DNA of 64,000 nucleotides from Acidimicrobiales bacterium (GCA_044370695.1 JBILVB010000001.1:3673-67672), one strand, 5' to 3'. Shown: positions 41,464-50,907, numbered from the stretch's first letter. Numbers and translations are program-made. Notes: a model not told the origin generated them from the sequence alone.

Positions 41464-42246
41464 TCAGGCCCCCGGGTAGGTGCGCCGGTCGGGCAGGAAC
41501 CGGAACCGGCGGCGCACCGCCTCCACGTGGGCGGCGTCGAGCTCGGCCACGAGCAGCGCCTCGGTCCGAGACCCGGCGGCGAGGATCTCCCCGAGCGGAT
41601 CGACGATACGGGAGTCCCCGCAGTAGTCGAGTCCGCCGCCCGATCCCACCCGGTTGACCCCGACGACGTAGGCCTGGTTCTCGATCGCTCGCGCCTGCAG
41701 CAGGGCCTGCCAATGCGTGCGGCGCACCTCGGGCCAGTTGGCACAGCACAGGTAGACGTCGGTACCGGGAGCGAGTTGCCACCAGTCGTCGGCGAAGCGC
41801 AGGTCGTAACAGACGAACAGCGACACCCGCAGTCCCTCGACCGTGACGGTGACGAGGGACGACCCGGCGTCGTAGTGCTCGTGCTCGCCGCCGTAGGTGA
41901 ACGGGTGCAGCTTGGCGTACCGGTGCAGGGTGCCGTCGGGGCCGGCGAGGATGCCGACGTTGCGCGGCCGGCCCGAACCCGGCGACCGCTCCGGGACCGA
42001 GCCGTAGAGCCAGATGCCGTGGTGGGCAGCCTGGGCGAGCATCCACTGCGACGTGGGGCCGCCCTCGTCCTCGGCGACGCGTTCCGGCGCCATCGAGAAC
42101 CCGACCGCGAACATCTCCGCCAACACGACGATCCGCGCGCCAGCCGCCGCGGCCGCCGCGATCGTCGGCTCGAGCCGGGCGCAGGTGGCGTCCCGGTCCT
42201 CCCAGGAGATGTCGTGCTGGATCGCTGCGATCCGCACGGCGCTCAC
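41464..42246 (-). CDS. carbon-nitrogen hydrolase (nitrilase superfamily, omega-amidase-like)
   Basis: VRIAAIQHDISWED, catalytic Cys context LFVCYDLRF. GTG 42246 overlaps the upstream stop (GTGA). Confidence 0.85.
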   Translation of the reverse strand: MSAVRIAAIQHDISWEDRDATCARLEPTIAAAAAAGARIVVLAEMFAVGFSMAPERVAEDEGGPTSQWMLAQAAHHGIWLYGSVPERSPGSGRPRNVGILAGPDGTLHRYAKLHPFTYGGEHEHYDAGSSLVTVTVEGLRVSLFVCYDLRFADDWWQLAPGTDVYLCCANWPEVRRTHWQALLQARAIENQAYVVGVNRVGSGGGLDYCGDSRIVDPLGEILAAGSRTEALLVAELDAAHVEAVRRRFRFLPDRRTYPGA

Positions 42247-43442
42247 GACCCCACCCGGGCGGTCTCGAGCATCCCACCGGCCCGCAGCCCGGTCAGGCGG
42301 GCGACAGCCTCGTCGAGCACCTCCGGCCTCTTGCAGAAGGCGAATCGCACCAGCGAGCGCCCGGCGCGCCGGTCGTCGTAGAAGACGACGTTCGGGATCG
42401 CGACCACGCCACACCGTTCGGGAAGGCTGCGGCAGAACGCCATCCCGTCATCGGTACCGAACGGCCGAACGTCGGTCGTGACGAAGTAGGTGCCCGCCGG
42501 CCGGAACACCTCGAACCCGGCGGCGGCGAGCCCGGCGCACAGCCGGTCCCGCTTGGCTTCGAGATCGGCCCGGAAGCCGGAGAAGTACTCCTCCCCGAGG
42601 CCCAGACCGTGGGCGACGGCCGCCTGCAGGGGTCCGGCCGACACGTAGGTGAGGAACTGCTTCACGGTCCGGACCGCCGACACGAGCGCTGCGGGCGCGG
42701 TGACCCACCCCACCTTCCAACCGGTGAAGCTGAAGGTCTTGCCGGCCGAGCCGATCGTGACCGTGCGTTCCCACATGCCCGGCAGCGTCGCGATCGGGAC
42801 GTGGGGGATCCCGTCGTAGGTGAGGTGCTCGTAGACCTCGTCGGCCACCACGATCAGGTCGTGCTCGATCGCCAGCTCGGCGATCGACGCAAGTTCGTCA
42901 CGCCGCAGCACCGTCCCGGTCGGATTGTGCGGGGTGTTCAACAGCAGGACCCGGGTGCGGGCCGTGATCGCGTCACGCAGCGCGTCGAGGTCGAGCGCGA
43001 ACGACGGCGGGCGCAGCGTCACCGGCCGTCGGATCGCGCCGGCCATCGCGATGCATGCGGCGTAGCTGTCGTAGAACGGCTCCAGCGCGACGACCTCGTC
43101 GCCCGTCTCCAACAACGCCAACAGCGACGCGGCGATCGCTTCGGTGGCGCCGGCGGTCACGAGCACCTCGGTGTCGGGGTCGGGCGTCAGGCCGTAACAG
43201 CGCCGTTGGTGATCGGCGATCGCGTGACGCAGCGGGGCGATTCCCGGCCCGGGCGGGTACTGGTTGCCCCGGCCAGCCACGATGTCCGCCGCAGCGATCG
43301 CCGCCATCTCGGCGGGCCCGTCGGTGTCGGGGAACCCCTGGCCGAGGTTGATCGAGCCAGTGGCCGTGGCGAGGGCCGACATCTCGGCGAAGATCGTGGT
43401 GCCGAAGCCCTGGAGTCGGCTGGCGAGGTGGGGCTGGCGCAC
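42243..43442 (-). CDS. PLP-dependent aminotransferase, class I (glutamine/kynurenine transaminase-like)
   Basis: INLGQGFPD, NTPHNPTG, PLP-Lys context GSAGKTFSFTGWKVGW. GTG 43442 is the best start. Confidence 0.85.
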   Translation of the reverse strand: MRQPHLASRLQGFGTTIFAEMSALATATGSINLGQGFPDTDGPAEMAAIAAADIVAGRGNQYPPGPGIAPLRHAIADHQRRCYGLTPDPDTEVLVTAGATEAIAASLLALLETGDEVVALEPFYDSYAACIAMAGAIRRPVTLRPPSFALDLDALRDAITARTRVLLLNTPHNPTGTVLRRDELASIAELAIEHDLIVVADEVYEHLTYDGIPHVPIATLPGMWERTVTIGSAGKTFSFTGWKVGWVTAPAALVSAVRTVKQFLTYVSAGPLQAAVAHGLGLGEEYFSGFRADLEAKRDRLCAGLAAAGFEVFRPAGTYFVTTDVRPFGTDDGMAFCRSLPERCGVVAIPNVVFYDDRRAGRSLVRFAFCKRPEVLDEAVARLTGLRAGGMLETARVGS

Positions 43443-43512
43443 GGCGACATTCGACCACAGCCCGACGGTCGTGACGGTGGGGAGCGTGATCGACGACCGT
43501 AGGCTCCGTGCG

Positions 43513-44163
43513 ATGCGCCTCCCCGTCGTCGCCGCTGCTGCGCTCGCCACCGTCGTGCTCGGCGGGTGCTCGTCCGGTGACGGTGCTGCGACGACGACGA
43601 CCGCCGTCGTCACGGCGGCGCCGGGCACCGGAGCGGCCGTGACTGCGCCGGCGACCACCGCAGCGAGCGGCGGGACGGTGTCGATCCCCGGCCTCGAGAC
43701 GGACCTGATCCGTCAGTTCCTCGTGCAGTTCGGCGGTGGCCTCAACCCGACCGACGCCGAGCTCTCCTGCGTCACCGGCGCGCTCCCGGCCGGCACCATC
43801 GACAAGATCCTGGCCGACTTCGGTCGCACCCAGGCCGACCTGGGCACGCTCGTCGCCCCGATCGTGCGCGCCGTGGTCGGATGCCGGCCGGCGTCGATCC
43901 TCGACGCCGTCGGACGTCAGCTCACGCAGGCCGACCCGGCGCTCGCTCTCTCCCGCGACCAGACCGCCTGCGTCGTCGGCGGGTTCCTCGACGTGGTCGC
44001 CGCCAATCCCTCCCTCATCAACGTGGTGCTCGGCGGCACGCGGATCGGTGGTCTGCCCGCCGACGTCCGCACCCGGATCACCACCGAACTCACCCCGAAG
44101 GTGCAGGCCTGCGTCGGTGCCGACACCACCGCCAAGGTCCTCGCCGCCGTCGACCGCCTCTGA
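43513..44163 (+). CDS. lipoprotein of unknown function
   Basis: MRLPVVAAAALATVVLGGC lipobox, Thr/Ala-rich linker, four further Cys in similar contexts. Confidence 0.7.
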   Translation: MRLPVVAAAALATVVLGGCSSGDGAATTTTAVVTAAPGTGAAVTAPATTAASGGTVSIPGLETDLIRQFLVQFGGGLNPTDAELSCVTGALPAGTIDKILADFGRTQADLGTLVAPIVRAVVGCRPASILDAVGRQLTQADPALALSRDQTACVVGGFLDVVAANPSLINVVLGGTRIGGLPADVRTRITTELTPKVQACVGADTTAKVLAAVDRL

Positions 44164-44165
44164 CG

Positions 44166-45242
44166 ATGATGCGCCGGCCACTCGCCGTGTGCTGCTCGTT
44201 CCGGCTCGGCCGGCCCGACGGCGTGTCGGTCGTGGCGGCGTCGTGGATCCGGGCCCTGCAGCGGCTCGGTTGGGAGACCCGCACCGTCGCCGGCGACGGT
44301 GCGGTCGATCGGCTGGTCCCGGGGTTGGCGCTCGAGGCCACCGAGGCACCACACCCCGACGAGGTGCGTGACGCCTTCGCCGGCGCGGACCTCGTGCTCG
44401 TCGAGAACCTGCTCACGATCCCGCTACGCCTCGACGCGTCCCGGGTCGTCGCCGGCGTCCTGGCCGGCCGTCCGGCGCTGCTCCACCACCACGACCCGCC
44501 GTGGCAGCGGGCCCGCCTGGCGCACGTCACCGCCCTCCCCGTCGACGACCCGGCGTGGCGCCACGTGACGATCAACCGCCTGACCGAGCGCGAGTTCGCC
44601 GAGCGTGGCCTGCGCGCAACCACGATCTACAACGGGTTCGCGCTCGATCCGGCCCCGCCCGAGGCCGCCGTTGCGCTGCGCCGACGGATGGGGATCGATC
44701 CGGGTGAGCGCCTGCTGCTGCACCCGGTGCGGGCGATCGAACGCAAGGACGTCCCCCGGGCGGTCGCGCTCGCCGAGGCCGTCGGGGCCACCTATTGGTT
44801 GCCGGGGCCGGCCGAGGAGGGGTACGGGCCGACGCTGGAGCGGATCCTCGCCGCCGCCCGCATCCCGGTTCGGCGCGATCCGCTCGCCGCCGGCGACCTC
44901 GCTGCGGCCTACGGCGCGGCGGACGCCGTCGTGTTCCCCTCGACCTGGGAGGGCTTCGGCAACCCGCCGGTCGAGGCCGCCCTGACCGGGCGCCCGGTGG
45001 TGGTCGGCGACTACCCGGTCGCCGCCGAGTTGCGCGCCCTCGGGTTCCGGTGGCTGCCCGTCGACCCCGCCGCCCTCGCCCGTGCGCTCGACGACCCGGC
45101 GGCGCTGGCCCCCGATCTCGCGCACAACCGAGCCGTCGCCCTGGAGCACCTCTCCGAAGCGAGGATGACCGCCGCCATCGGGGCCGTGCTGGCCGAGCCC
45201 GGTTGGCTCCCCGACGCCATCCGGGCCACGATCGGATCGTGA
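44166..45242 (+). CDS. glycosyltransferase (GT-B, GT4-like)
   Basis: C-terminal VVFPSTWEGFGNPPVEAA (E-x7-E-type motif). ATG lies 2 nt after the upstream stop. Confidence 0.8.
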   Translation: MMRRPLAVCCSFRLGRPDGVSVVAASWIRALQRLGWETRTVAGDGAVDRLVPGLALEATEAPHPDEVRDAFAGADLVLVENLLTIPLRLDASRVVAGVLAGRPALLHHHDPPWQRARLAHVTALPVDDPAWRHVTINRLTEREFAERGLRATTIYNGFALDPAPPEAAVALRRRMGIDPGERLLLHPVRAIERKDVPRAVALAEAVGATYWLPGPAEEGYGPTLERILAAARIPVRRDPLAAGDLAAAYGAADAVVFPSTWEGFGNPPVEAALTGRPVVVGDYPVAAELRALGFRWLPVDPAALARALDDPAALAPDLAHNRAVALEHLSEARMTAAIGAVLAEPGWLPDAIRATIGS

Positions 45243-45499
45243 CCACGCCCACCGATCCCGTGCGCGCCCGGCGCGCCCAGGTCGCCCGCTGGACGCTGCT
45301 TGCGAACCGGATCGGCTGGTTGTGCATGGCCGTCGCGATGGCGGTGTTCGTGTTCGCCTTCGCGATGGGCTTCACCCCGGCCGTCGTCACGGTGATCACG
45401 GTCGCCCTCGTGGTCGGCTCGGTCCTGCTCGCCCCGTCGATCGTGCTCGGCTACGCCGTCAAGGCCGCCGAACGCGAGGACCGGGCCCGAGGCCTGTGA
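45239..45499 (+). CDS. small two-TM membrane protein
   Basis: GTG overlaps the upstream stop (GTGA). WLCMAVAMAVFVFAFAMGF and VVTVITVALVVGSVLLAPSIVL helices. Confidence 0.55.
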   Translation: MTTPTDPVRARRAQVARWTLLANRIGWLCMAVAMAVFVFAFAMGFTPAVVTVITVALVVGSVLLAPSIVLGYAVKAAEREDRARGL

Positions 45500-45512
45500 C
45501 GCCGGGTCGGAT

Positions 45513-45530
45513 GGTTACTCTTCGGTAGCC
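45513..45530. promoter_or_regulatory. imperfect palindrome GGTTAC-N6-GTAGCC abutting the TetR start codon
   Basis: Read directly. The arms match 5/6. This is a locally AT-richer stretch just before ATG 45531 and a candidate autoregulatory operator. Confidence 0.25.
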
Positions 45531-46112
45531 ATGTCGTCCCGCCTCCCCGCACCCGAGCGCCGGTCCCAACTGCTCGACGTGGCCCTGGCGGTGTTCGCCC
45601 GCAAGGGGTTCCACGACACCTCGATGAACGACGTCGCCGATGCCGCCGGGGTGACGAAACCCGTGCTCTACCAGCACTGGGGCTCCAAGAACGCCCTCTA
45701 TCTCGCCGTGCTCGACGAGGCCGGCAACCGGCTCGTCGAGACGATCGCCAAGGCCACCGCACCCGAGCCGAACGGCCACGACAAGGTGTTCGCCGGCTTT
45801 GCGGCGTACTTCCGCCTCGTCGCCGAGGACCATTCGCCGTTCCAGGTGCTCTTCGACGACAGCCACCGCACCGAAGAGTTCGCCGAAGCCACCCGAGGGG
45901 TCGAGGACGCGATCGCGGCCGGGATCGCACCGCTGATCACCGCCGACATCGACCCGGAACACCAGCAGTTGCTCGCCCGGGCGATCGTCGGCCTCGCCGA
46001 GACCGTCGCCCGGCACCTCGTCACGAGCGGCAAGCCGTTCGACCCGGACCGCGCCGCTCGACAGGCCACCGATCTCGCCTGGTCGGGCCTACGCGGCGTT
46101 CGCCGCGTGTGA
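45531..46112 (+). CDS. TetR/AcrR family transcriptional regulator
   Basis: N-terminal HTH FARKGFHDTSMNDVADAAGVTKPVLYQHW. Confidence 0.85.
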   Translation: MSSRLPAPERRSQLLDVALAVFARKGFHDTSMNDVADAAGVTKPVLYQHWGSKNALYLAVLDEAGNRLVETIAKATAPEPNGHDKVFAGFAAYFRLVAEDHSPFQVLFDDSHRTEEFAEATRGVEDAIAAGIAPLITADIDPEHQQLLARAIVGLAETVARHLVTSGKPFDPDRAARQATDLAWSGLRGVRRV

Positions 46113-47923
46113 CCGGACCGGGCACCGCCCCCCGCCTGCGATCACTCCTGCTGGAGTCGCTCGCGACCGGGTCGGCCAGCGTGGCCGCCGCCGCCGTCCA
46201 CCTCCAGCTGTGGCGGGCCGAGTCCTGGCGGCGGCCGTGGCTGGTGTTCAACGACGCGATCTACTACCAGACGCTCGTCCAGGGGATGCTCGACCACGGC
46301 ACCTACCGGTCGAACCCGTCCGTCGGGTGGCCGTTCGGCCTCGACGCTCGCGACGTGCCCGAGGGCGCAGAGAACCTGCATTGGTTGATGCTCCGCCTGC
46401 TCGGCGCGATCGGCGGCGCAGCGTTCGCTCTCAACGTGTTCTACGTGCTCACCTTCGCGACCACGGCCGCTGCCGCGCACGCGGTGCTCCGGGTGCTCGG
46501 GGTCCGACGCCTCACGGCTGCGGTCGGCGGCGTGCTGTACGCCTTCGCCCCCTACCACTTCCTGCGCGGACAGAACCACGTCTTCCTGTCGTCGTACGCG
46601 CTCGTTCCCGTAGGGGTGCTCGTGGCGTTGTGGCTCCTCGGGCCGGACCCGATCCGGTCCTGGCGGGACCGACGCCTGCTCGGCGCGGCGGCCGCGATGG
46701 TCGCGCTCGCCTCGACCGGGGCCTACTACCTCGTCTTCTGCACCGTGCTGATCGTCGTGGCCGGTTCGGTCGCTGCGCTGCGCGATCGCCGGCTCACACC
46801 GGTCCTCGGGGCCGGGGCCCTCGGGGCCGTCGGCGCAGCGACCGCGACGCTCCACCTCGCCCCGAGCCTGTGGTTCTGGGTGACCGAGGGGCGCAACACC
46901 TCGGTCGTGCAGCGCGGCGTGTTCGAGACCGAGGACTACGGCCTGCGGATCTCGCAGCTCTTCGCACCCCGCGACCACCACCGCATCGATGCGCTCGCCC
47001 GCCTCACCGAGGACGCCCGCAGCACCGTGCTGCGAGGCGAGTTCGGCCAGCAACTCGGCCTGGTCGGTGCGATCGGTCTGGCTGCGGTGCTCGGCGTCGC
47101 CGTGCTCGCCGCGGCCGGGCGGCGCAGCGACGGCGCACCCTGGCCGCAGCTGCGACGGCTCGCCGTGCTCACCGTCCCACTGCTGGTCGTGGCGACGGTC
47201 AGCGGCTTGTCCCTGTTCGCCTCCGCGGCCGGGCTCGCCACGTTCCGGGCGTGGAACCGCACCTCGATCGTGCTGGCGTTCGTCGGGCTGGCGGCGGTCT
47301 GCCTGCTGCTCGACGCGCTCGCCGCGCGGGCTCCGTCGCGACGGATCCTCGGCGTGCTGCCGATCGCCGTGCTCGCGGTCGGCCTGGTCGACCAGACCTC
47401 GGCGGCCGACGTGCCCCGCTGGCACGAGCAGCGCACGACCGGACGCTCGACGGCGGCGTTCTTCCGCGACCTCGCCGGTGCGCTCGGCCCCGGCGGGACC
47501 GTGTGGGTGATGCCTCATCGCGTGTTCCCCGAATCCGGCATCGACTGCTACGACGGCCTCATCGGCTACCTCTACGAACCCGAGCTGCGCTGGAGCACGG
47601 GGTTCATGAGCGGTCGTCACCCCGAGTACCCGCTCGCGCTGGCGACCCGACCGCCCGGCGCGCGCTACGACGCCGTGGCGGCCATCGGATTCCAGGCCGT
47701 GCTGCTCGACCGCTGGCTCACGGTCCCGGTCGAGGCCGGCGAGACCCGACCCGAGGTGATCGAGGCAGCGACCACGGCCGAACTGGGCCCGCCCGTCGCG
47801 GCGTCGCAGGACGGGCGCTACGTGTGGTGGGACCTCAGGCCCCGGGCCGCGTCGCTGCGAGGCCGCCTCGGTGCCGACGCCACTGCCGCGCTGGCCGCCG
47901 AGGCGCTGGCGTCGACCCCCTGA
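46109..47923 (+). CDS. large polytopic membrane protein, GT-C-like, unknown function
   Basis: GTG 46109 overlaps the TetR stop (GTGA). About 10 hydrophobic helices and a soluble C-terminal domain of about 150 aa. Confidence 0.7.
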   Translation: MTGPGTAPRLRSLLLESLATGSASVAAAAVHLQLWRAESWRRPWLVFNDAIYYQTLVQGMLDHGTYRSNPSVGWPFGLDARDVPEGAENLHWLMLRLLGAIGGAAFALNVFYVLTFATTAAAAHAVLRVLGVRRLTAAVGGVLYAFAPYHFLRGQNHVFLSSYALVPVGVLVALWLLGPDPIRSWRDRRLLGAAAAMVALASTGAYYLVFCTVLIVVAGSVAALRDRRLTPVLGAGALGAVGAATATLHLAPSLWFWVTEGRNTSVVQRGVFETEDYGLRISQLFAPRDHHRIDALARLTEDARSTVLRGEFGQQLGLVGAIGLAAVLGVAVLAAAGRRSDGAPWPQLRRLAVLTVPLLVVATVSGLSLFASAAGLATFRAWNRTSIVLAFVGLAAVCLLLDALAARAPSRRILGVLPIAVLAVGLVDQTSAADVPRWHEQRTTGRSTAAFFRDLAGALGPGGTVWVMPHRVFPESGIDCYDGLIGYLYEPELRWSTGFMSGRHPEYPLALATRPPGARYDAVAAIGFQAVLLDRWLTVPVEAGETRPEVIEAATTAELGPPVAASQDGRYVWWDLRPRAASLRGRLGADATAALAAEALASTP

Positions 47924-47959
47924 GCGCACCGGCTCCGGTCGGGGCCGTCGGGGCCACCC

Positions 47960-48391
47960 TCACGATGCGGCGGCGCGCACCCGTCCGAGGCCCAGGTCGA
48001 CGAGGTCTCGGGCGCCGTCGTCCATGCGCTTGCGGTGCACGGCGACCTCGCCGACCACGTCGCCGCCGAGCCACCGGACCATCGACGCGATCTTGCCGAC
48101 CGTTCCCCCGGGGTTCAGGGCGTAGGTGCAGTAGGCCACGACGCGCTTGCCCCGCATCGCCGGCAGGTTCTTGATCCGCCCGGCACGCCCGGGCCGCTGG
48201 CCGACGACGAAGATCCCGTCGGTCCACGACCCCACGTAGACCAGGTCCGCTTCCGACAACGCCTGAAGATCGACCTCGACCGCCGGGCACACCGTCACCC
48301 CGACACCCGCCTCGGCCAGACCATCGGCCACGCGCTCGGCGACGTAGCGCGTGTTCCCCGTCAAGCTCTCGTAGATCACCACGGCCTTCAT
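47960..48391 (-). CDS. flavodoxin-family protein
   Basis: MKAVVIYESLTGNTRYVAE flavodoxin N-terminal signature. Confidence 0.8.
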   Translation of the reverse strand: MKAVVIYESLTGNTRYVAERVADGLAEAGVGVTVCPAVEVDLQALSEADLVYVGSWTDGIFVVGQRPGRAGRIKNLPAMRGKRVVAYCTYALNPGGTVGKIASMVRWLGGDVVGEVAVHRKRMDDGARDLVDLGLGRVRAAAS

Positions 48392-48427
48392 CGGGGACTA
48401 TCTCTAGCAGCCCGGCGGCCCGCCCGG

Positions 48428-48991
48428 TCACCCGCCATAGTTCATGCGGGTGTCCTCCATCCGCAGCACCGGGGTGCCCTCGGGCTTGAGGAACCCGCAG
48501 TCGACGACCTCGCCGACGAACAGCGTGTGGTTCCCGAAGCGAGGTGCCGACCGCACGGCGCAGTCGAGGAACGAGGCGGACAGGTCGAGCACGGGCGCTC
48601 CCGTCGCGCGCTCGTGGTAGCCGAAGCCGTTGAGCGTGCGGGCCTCGAGGTCGACGGCGACCGGCTTGGTGAACTTGCGGATGATCGCCCGGTCCTCGCG
48701 GTCGACGAAACAGACGCTGAACACCCCCGAGGACTCGATCAGCTCGTGGGTGACCGCATCGTTCTCGACGCCGATCGCGACGAGCTTGGGCTCGAAGCTC
48801 ACCTGCGTCAGCCAGTTGAGGGCCATACCGTTGCGGCGCCCGGCGAGGTCGGTGGAGCCGATCACGTAGAGACCGGAGGGCACCGTCCACAGGACCCGGC
48901 GCCGCAGGCGGTCGTACGCGTCACGGGAGGCGTCGTCGTCGTCGACCCAGCTGGGGAACGGCCCCACGGAACCCTCGGCGGAAGCGGACAT
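48428..48991 (-). CDS. flavin reductase (FMN-binding split-barrel) family
   Basis: GLYVIGS...NGMALNWLTQVSFEPKLVAIGV pattern. Confidence 0.8.
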   Translation of the reverse strand: MSASAEGSVGPFPSWVDDDDASRDAYDRLRRRVLWTVPSGLYVIGSTDLAGRRNGMALNWLTQVSFEPKLVAIGVENDAVTHELIESSGVFSVCFVDREDRAIIRKFTKPVAVDLEARTLNGFGYHERATGAPVLDLSASFLDCAVRSAPRFGNHTLFVGEVVDCGFLKPEGTPVLRMEDTRMNYGG

Positions 48992-49053
48992 CGCCCGAAC
49001 GTAGGGACCTTGTCCCCTGATCGACGAGCCGGACCGGGCCCGACGATGGGCCC

Positions 49054-49560
49054 ATGGTGCTGCCCCGCGAACCTCCGGCCGGCCTCACCGTGGCCGAGGC
49101 CGACCTCTACCGCCATCTCGTCGCGCACATCGACACCGAAGTGGGCCTCGTGGAGAGCTACGAACAGCTCGGCCGGGACACGGGCTCGGCGTACATCGAG
49201 TTCGTCGGACGCCTGATCGCCGAGGACGAGCGTCGCCACCATCGGCTGTTCGCCGAGTGGGCCGCCGCGCTCGTCGCGCTCGCCGAACTGCGCGAGCAGG
49301 ACGTCGGCGCCGTGCCGGTGCCGAACCCCGAGCCCGACCCGGCGCAGGTGCTGTCGCGCATCGACGCCCTCCTCGCCATCGAGCAACACGACCTGGGGGA
49401 GATCGAGCGCCTGCGTCGGACGGTGCGCGACGTGCGCAACACGACCCTGTGGCCGGTCCTGCTCGACGCGATGGCCCTCGACACCGAGAAGCATCTCCGC
49501 CTGTTGCGGTTCGTACGGGACCACGCCCGGCGAACGCTGCGCTACGACCACCCGCGCTGA
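49054..49560 (+). CDS. hypothetical helical protein (possibly ferritin-like)
   Basis: Real-looking composition with ExxH-like EDERRHH and DTEKH motifs. Family uncertain. Confidence 0.5.
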   Translation: MVLPREPPAGLTVAEADLYRHLVAHIDTEVGLVESYEQLGRDTGSAYIEFVGRLIAEDERRHHRLFAEWAAALVALAELREQDVGAVPVPNPEPDPAQVLSRIDALLAIEQHDLGEIERLRRTVRDVRNTTLWPVLLDAMALDTEKHLRLLRFVRDHARRTLRYDHPR

Positions 49561-49568
49561 ACCCGGCC

Positions 49569-49784
49569 TCAGTCGCCGAGCGCGCCCGCGGCCTCCGCCA
49601 GATCCACGTCGACGGCGTCGAGGTCGGCGGTGATCGCCGGAAGGATCTCAGCCGGAGTACGGGCCGTCGCCGTCGCCGTCGCCACCGTGGTCGCCGTCGT
49701 CGTGGTCGGTGCGGCGTCGTCCCCGCCGCCGATGCAGGCCGAGGTCGCGAACGCGATCCCGACCACGAGCAAGCCCAGTCGCAT
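49569..49784 (-). CDS. small lipoprotein
   Basis: C-terminal end of track ORF 49569..50876. MRLGLLVVGIAFATSAC lipobox. ATG 49784 lies 9 nt after GGAGG; an alternative ATG is at 49793. Confidence 0.5.
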   Translation of the reverse strand: MRLGLLVVGIAFATSACIGGGDDAAPTTTTATTVATATATARTPAEILPAITADLDAVDVDLAEAAGALGD

Positions 49785-49789
49785 CGTCG

Positions 49790-50794
49790 TCATCCTCCGT
49801 GGGGAACGGTCGTCGCCGGAGCCAGCATCGGCTCGCCGGGTGCGCTCGGCGCCTTCGTCGTCGCCACCGGCTTCGTCGTCGCCACCGGCTTCGTCGTCGC
49901 CACCGGCTTCGTCGTCGCCACCGGCTTGGTCGTCGCCACCGGCTTGGTCGTCGCCACCGGCTTGGTCGTCGCCACCGGCTCGGACGTCGCCGCGGTCGAT
50001 GCCTTCGCCGTCGTCGTGGGTGCCTCGGTCGGCTTGGTCGTCGGTTTCACGCTCGTCTTGACCTCGCCCGGCCGCACGGCCTTGAGGGCGGCCACCGCTT
50101 CGGCCGCCTGCCGGCGGGCCTCCTCCAGCGCGGTCCGAGCCGTCTTCAGCACTGCGGCGTCGCCGCCCGCCGACTCCAGGAGCGACGAGGCCTGCTCGAC
50201 CGAGGAGCGGAGCTCGGCCATGAGCGGCGCAGCCTTCGCCAGGTTGCCGCCCTGGGCGACGAGCCGACCGGCGGCCCGGTCGAGCCCATCGGCGATCGCC
50301 TCGAGACGAACCACCGCACGGGACAGCGCCTTGGCCGCCGACAGGGTCGTGTCCACCTTCGCGACGCTCCCCGTCCCGACCGGCCGGGCGGTCAGCCGAC
50401 ACGCCACGTCGACCGCCCGAACGTCGTCGCTGGTCCGCAAGATCGTGCGCGCGGCCTTGTTCGCCTCGGCGCTTCGCTTCAGGGCCTCGAGCTCGGCGGC
50501 GCGGTCCTCCGCGGACACGTCCGTCGCCTTGCGCAGCGCGGCGGTCTGCTCGGCCGCAGCGGCCAGGTTCGACTCGGCGACCTCGACACACGCGTCCTTG
50601 CGCGCCTTCACCTCGGCGATGGTCAGCGCTCGGACATCGGCCTTCGCAGCACCGGTTGCCGTCGGCGCAGGCTCGGCCTTCGCAGGCTTGGCCGTGGTCG
50701 CAGGCTCGGCGGGCGCGCCCTCGGCGGCGGCCGGGGCGGCGCCGAGGCCGACGGCGGCGGCGAGCACCACGGCGGCGACGGTCCAGCGGGTCAT
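49790..50794 (-). CDS. secreted Ala-rich coiled-coil protein with C-terminal (PVATTK)x7 repeat
   Basis: ATG 50794 follows GAGGAG. Signal peptide MTRWTVAAVVLAAAVGLGAAPAAAEG, then a long helical Ala/Glu/Arg region, then the repeats. Confidence 0.7.
   Translation of the reverse strand: MTRWTVAAVVLAAAVGLGAAPAAAEGAPAEPATTAKPAKAEPAPTATGAAKADVRALTIAEVKARKDACVEVAESNLAAAAEQTAALRKATDVSAEDRAAELEALKRSAEANKAARTILRTSDDVRAVDVACRLTARPVGTGSVAKVDTTLSAAKALSRAVVRLEAIADGLDRAAGRLVAQGGNLAKAAPLMAELRSSVEQASSLLESAGGDAAVLKTARTALEEARRQAAEAVAALKAVRPGEVKTSVKPTTKPTEAPTTTAKASTAATSEPVATTKPVATTKPVATTKPVATTKPVATTKPVATTKPVATTKAPSAPGEPMLAPATTVPHGG
49853..49978 (-). repeat. seven perfect 18-nt tandem units (4x CTTCGTCGTCGCCACCGG, then 3x CTTGGTCGTCGCCACCGG on the + strand)
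   Basis: Read directly. Encodes PVATTK x7; the two variants differ by one synonymous Thr codon position. Confidence 0.95.
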
Positions 50795-50907
50795 GGCTCC
50801 TCGATCGACCTGCCCGGTTCGGGACCCCATCGGGACCCCGGCAAGATCGATCACGACGACGGCAAGCCCTCGTCAAGCCGCCGGCCGACGGCGCCGGGCG
50901 GTCCGGT

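Noticed and set aside
49853-49978. Possible CRISPR array or other non-coding repeat array
   Set aside because: The units are contiguous 18-mers with no spacers. They lie in frame inside a CDS (PVATTK x7). No cas genes are present.
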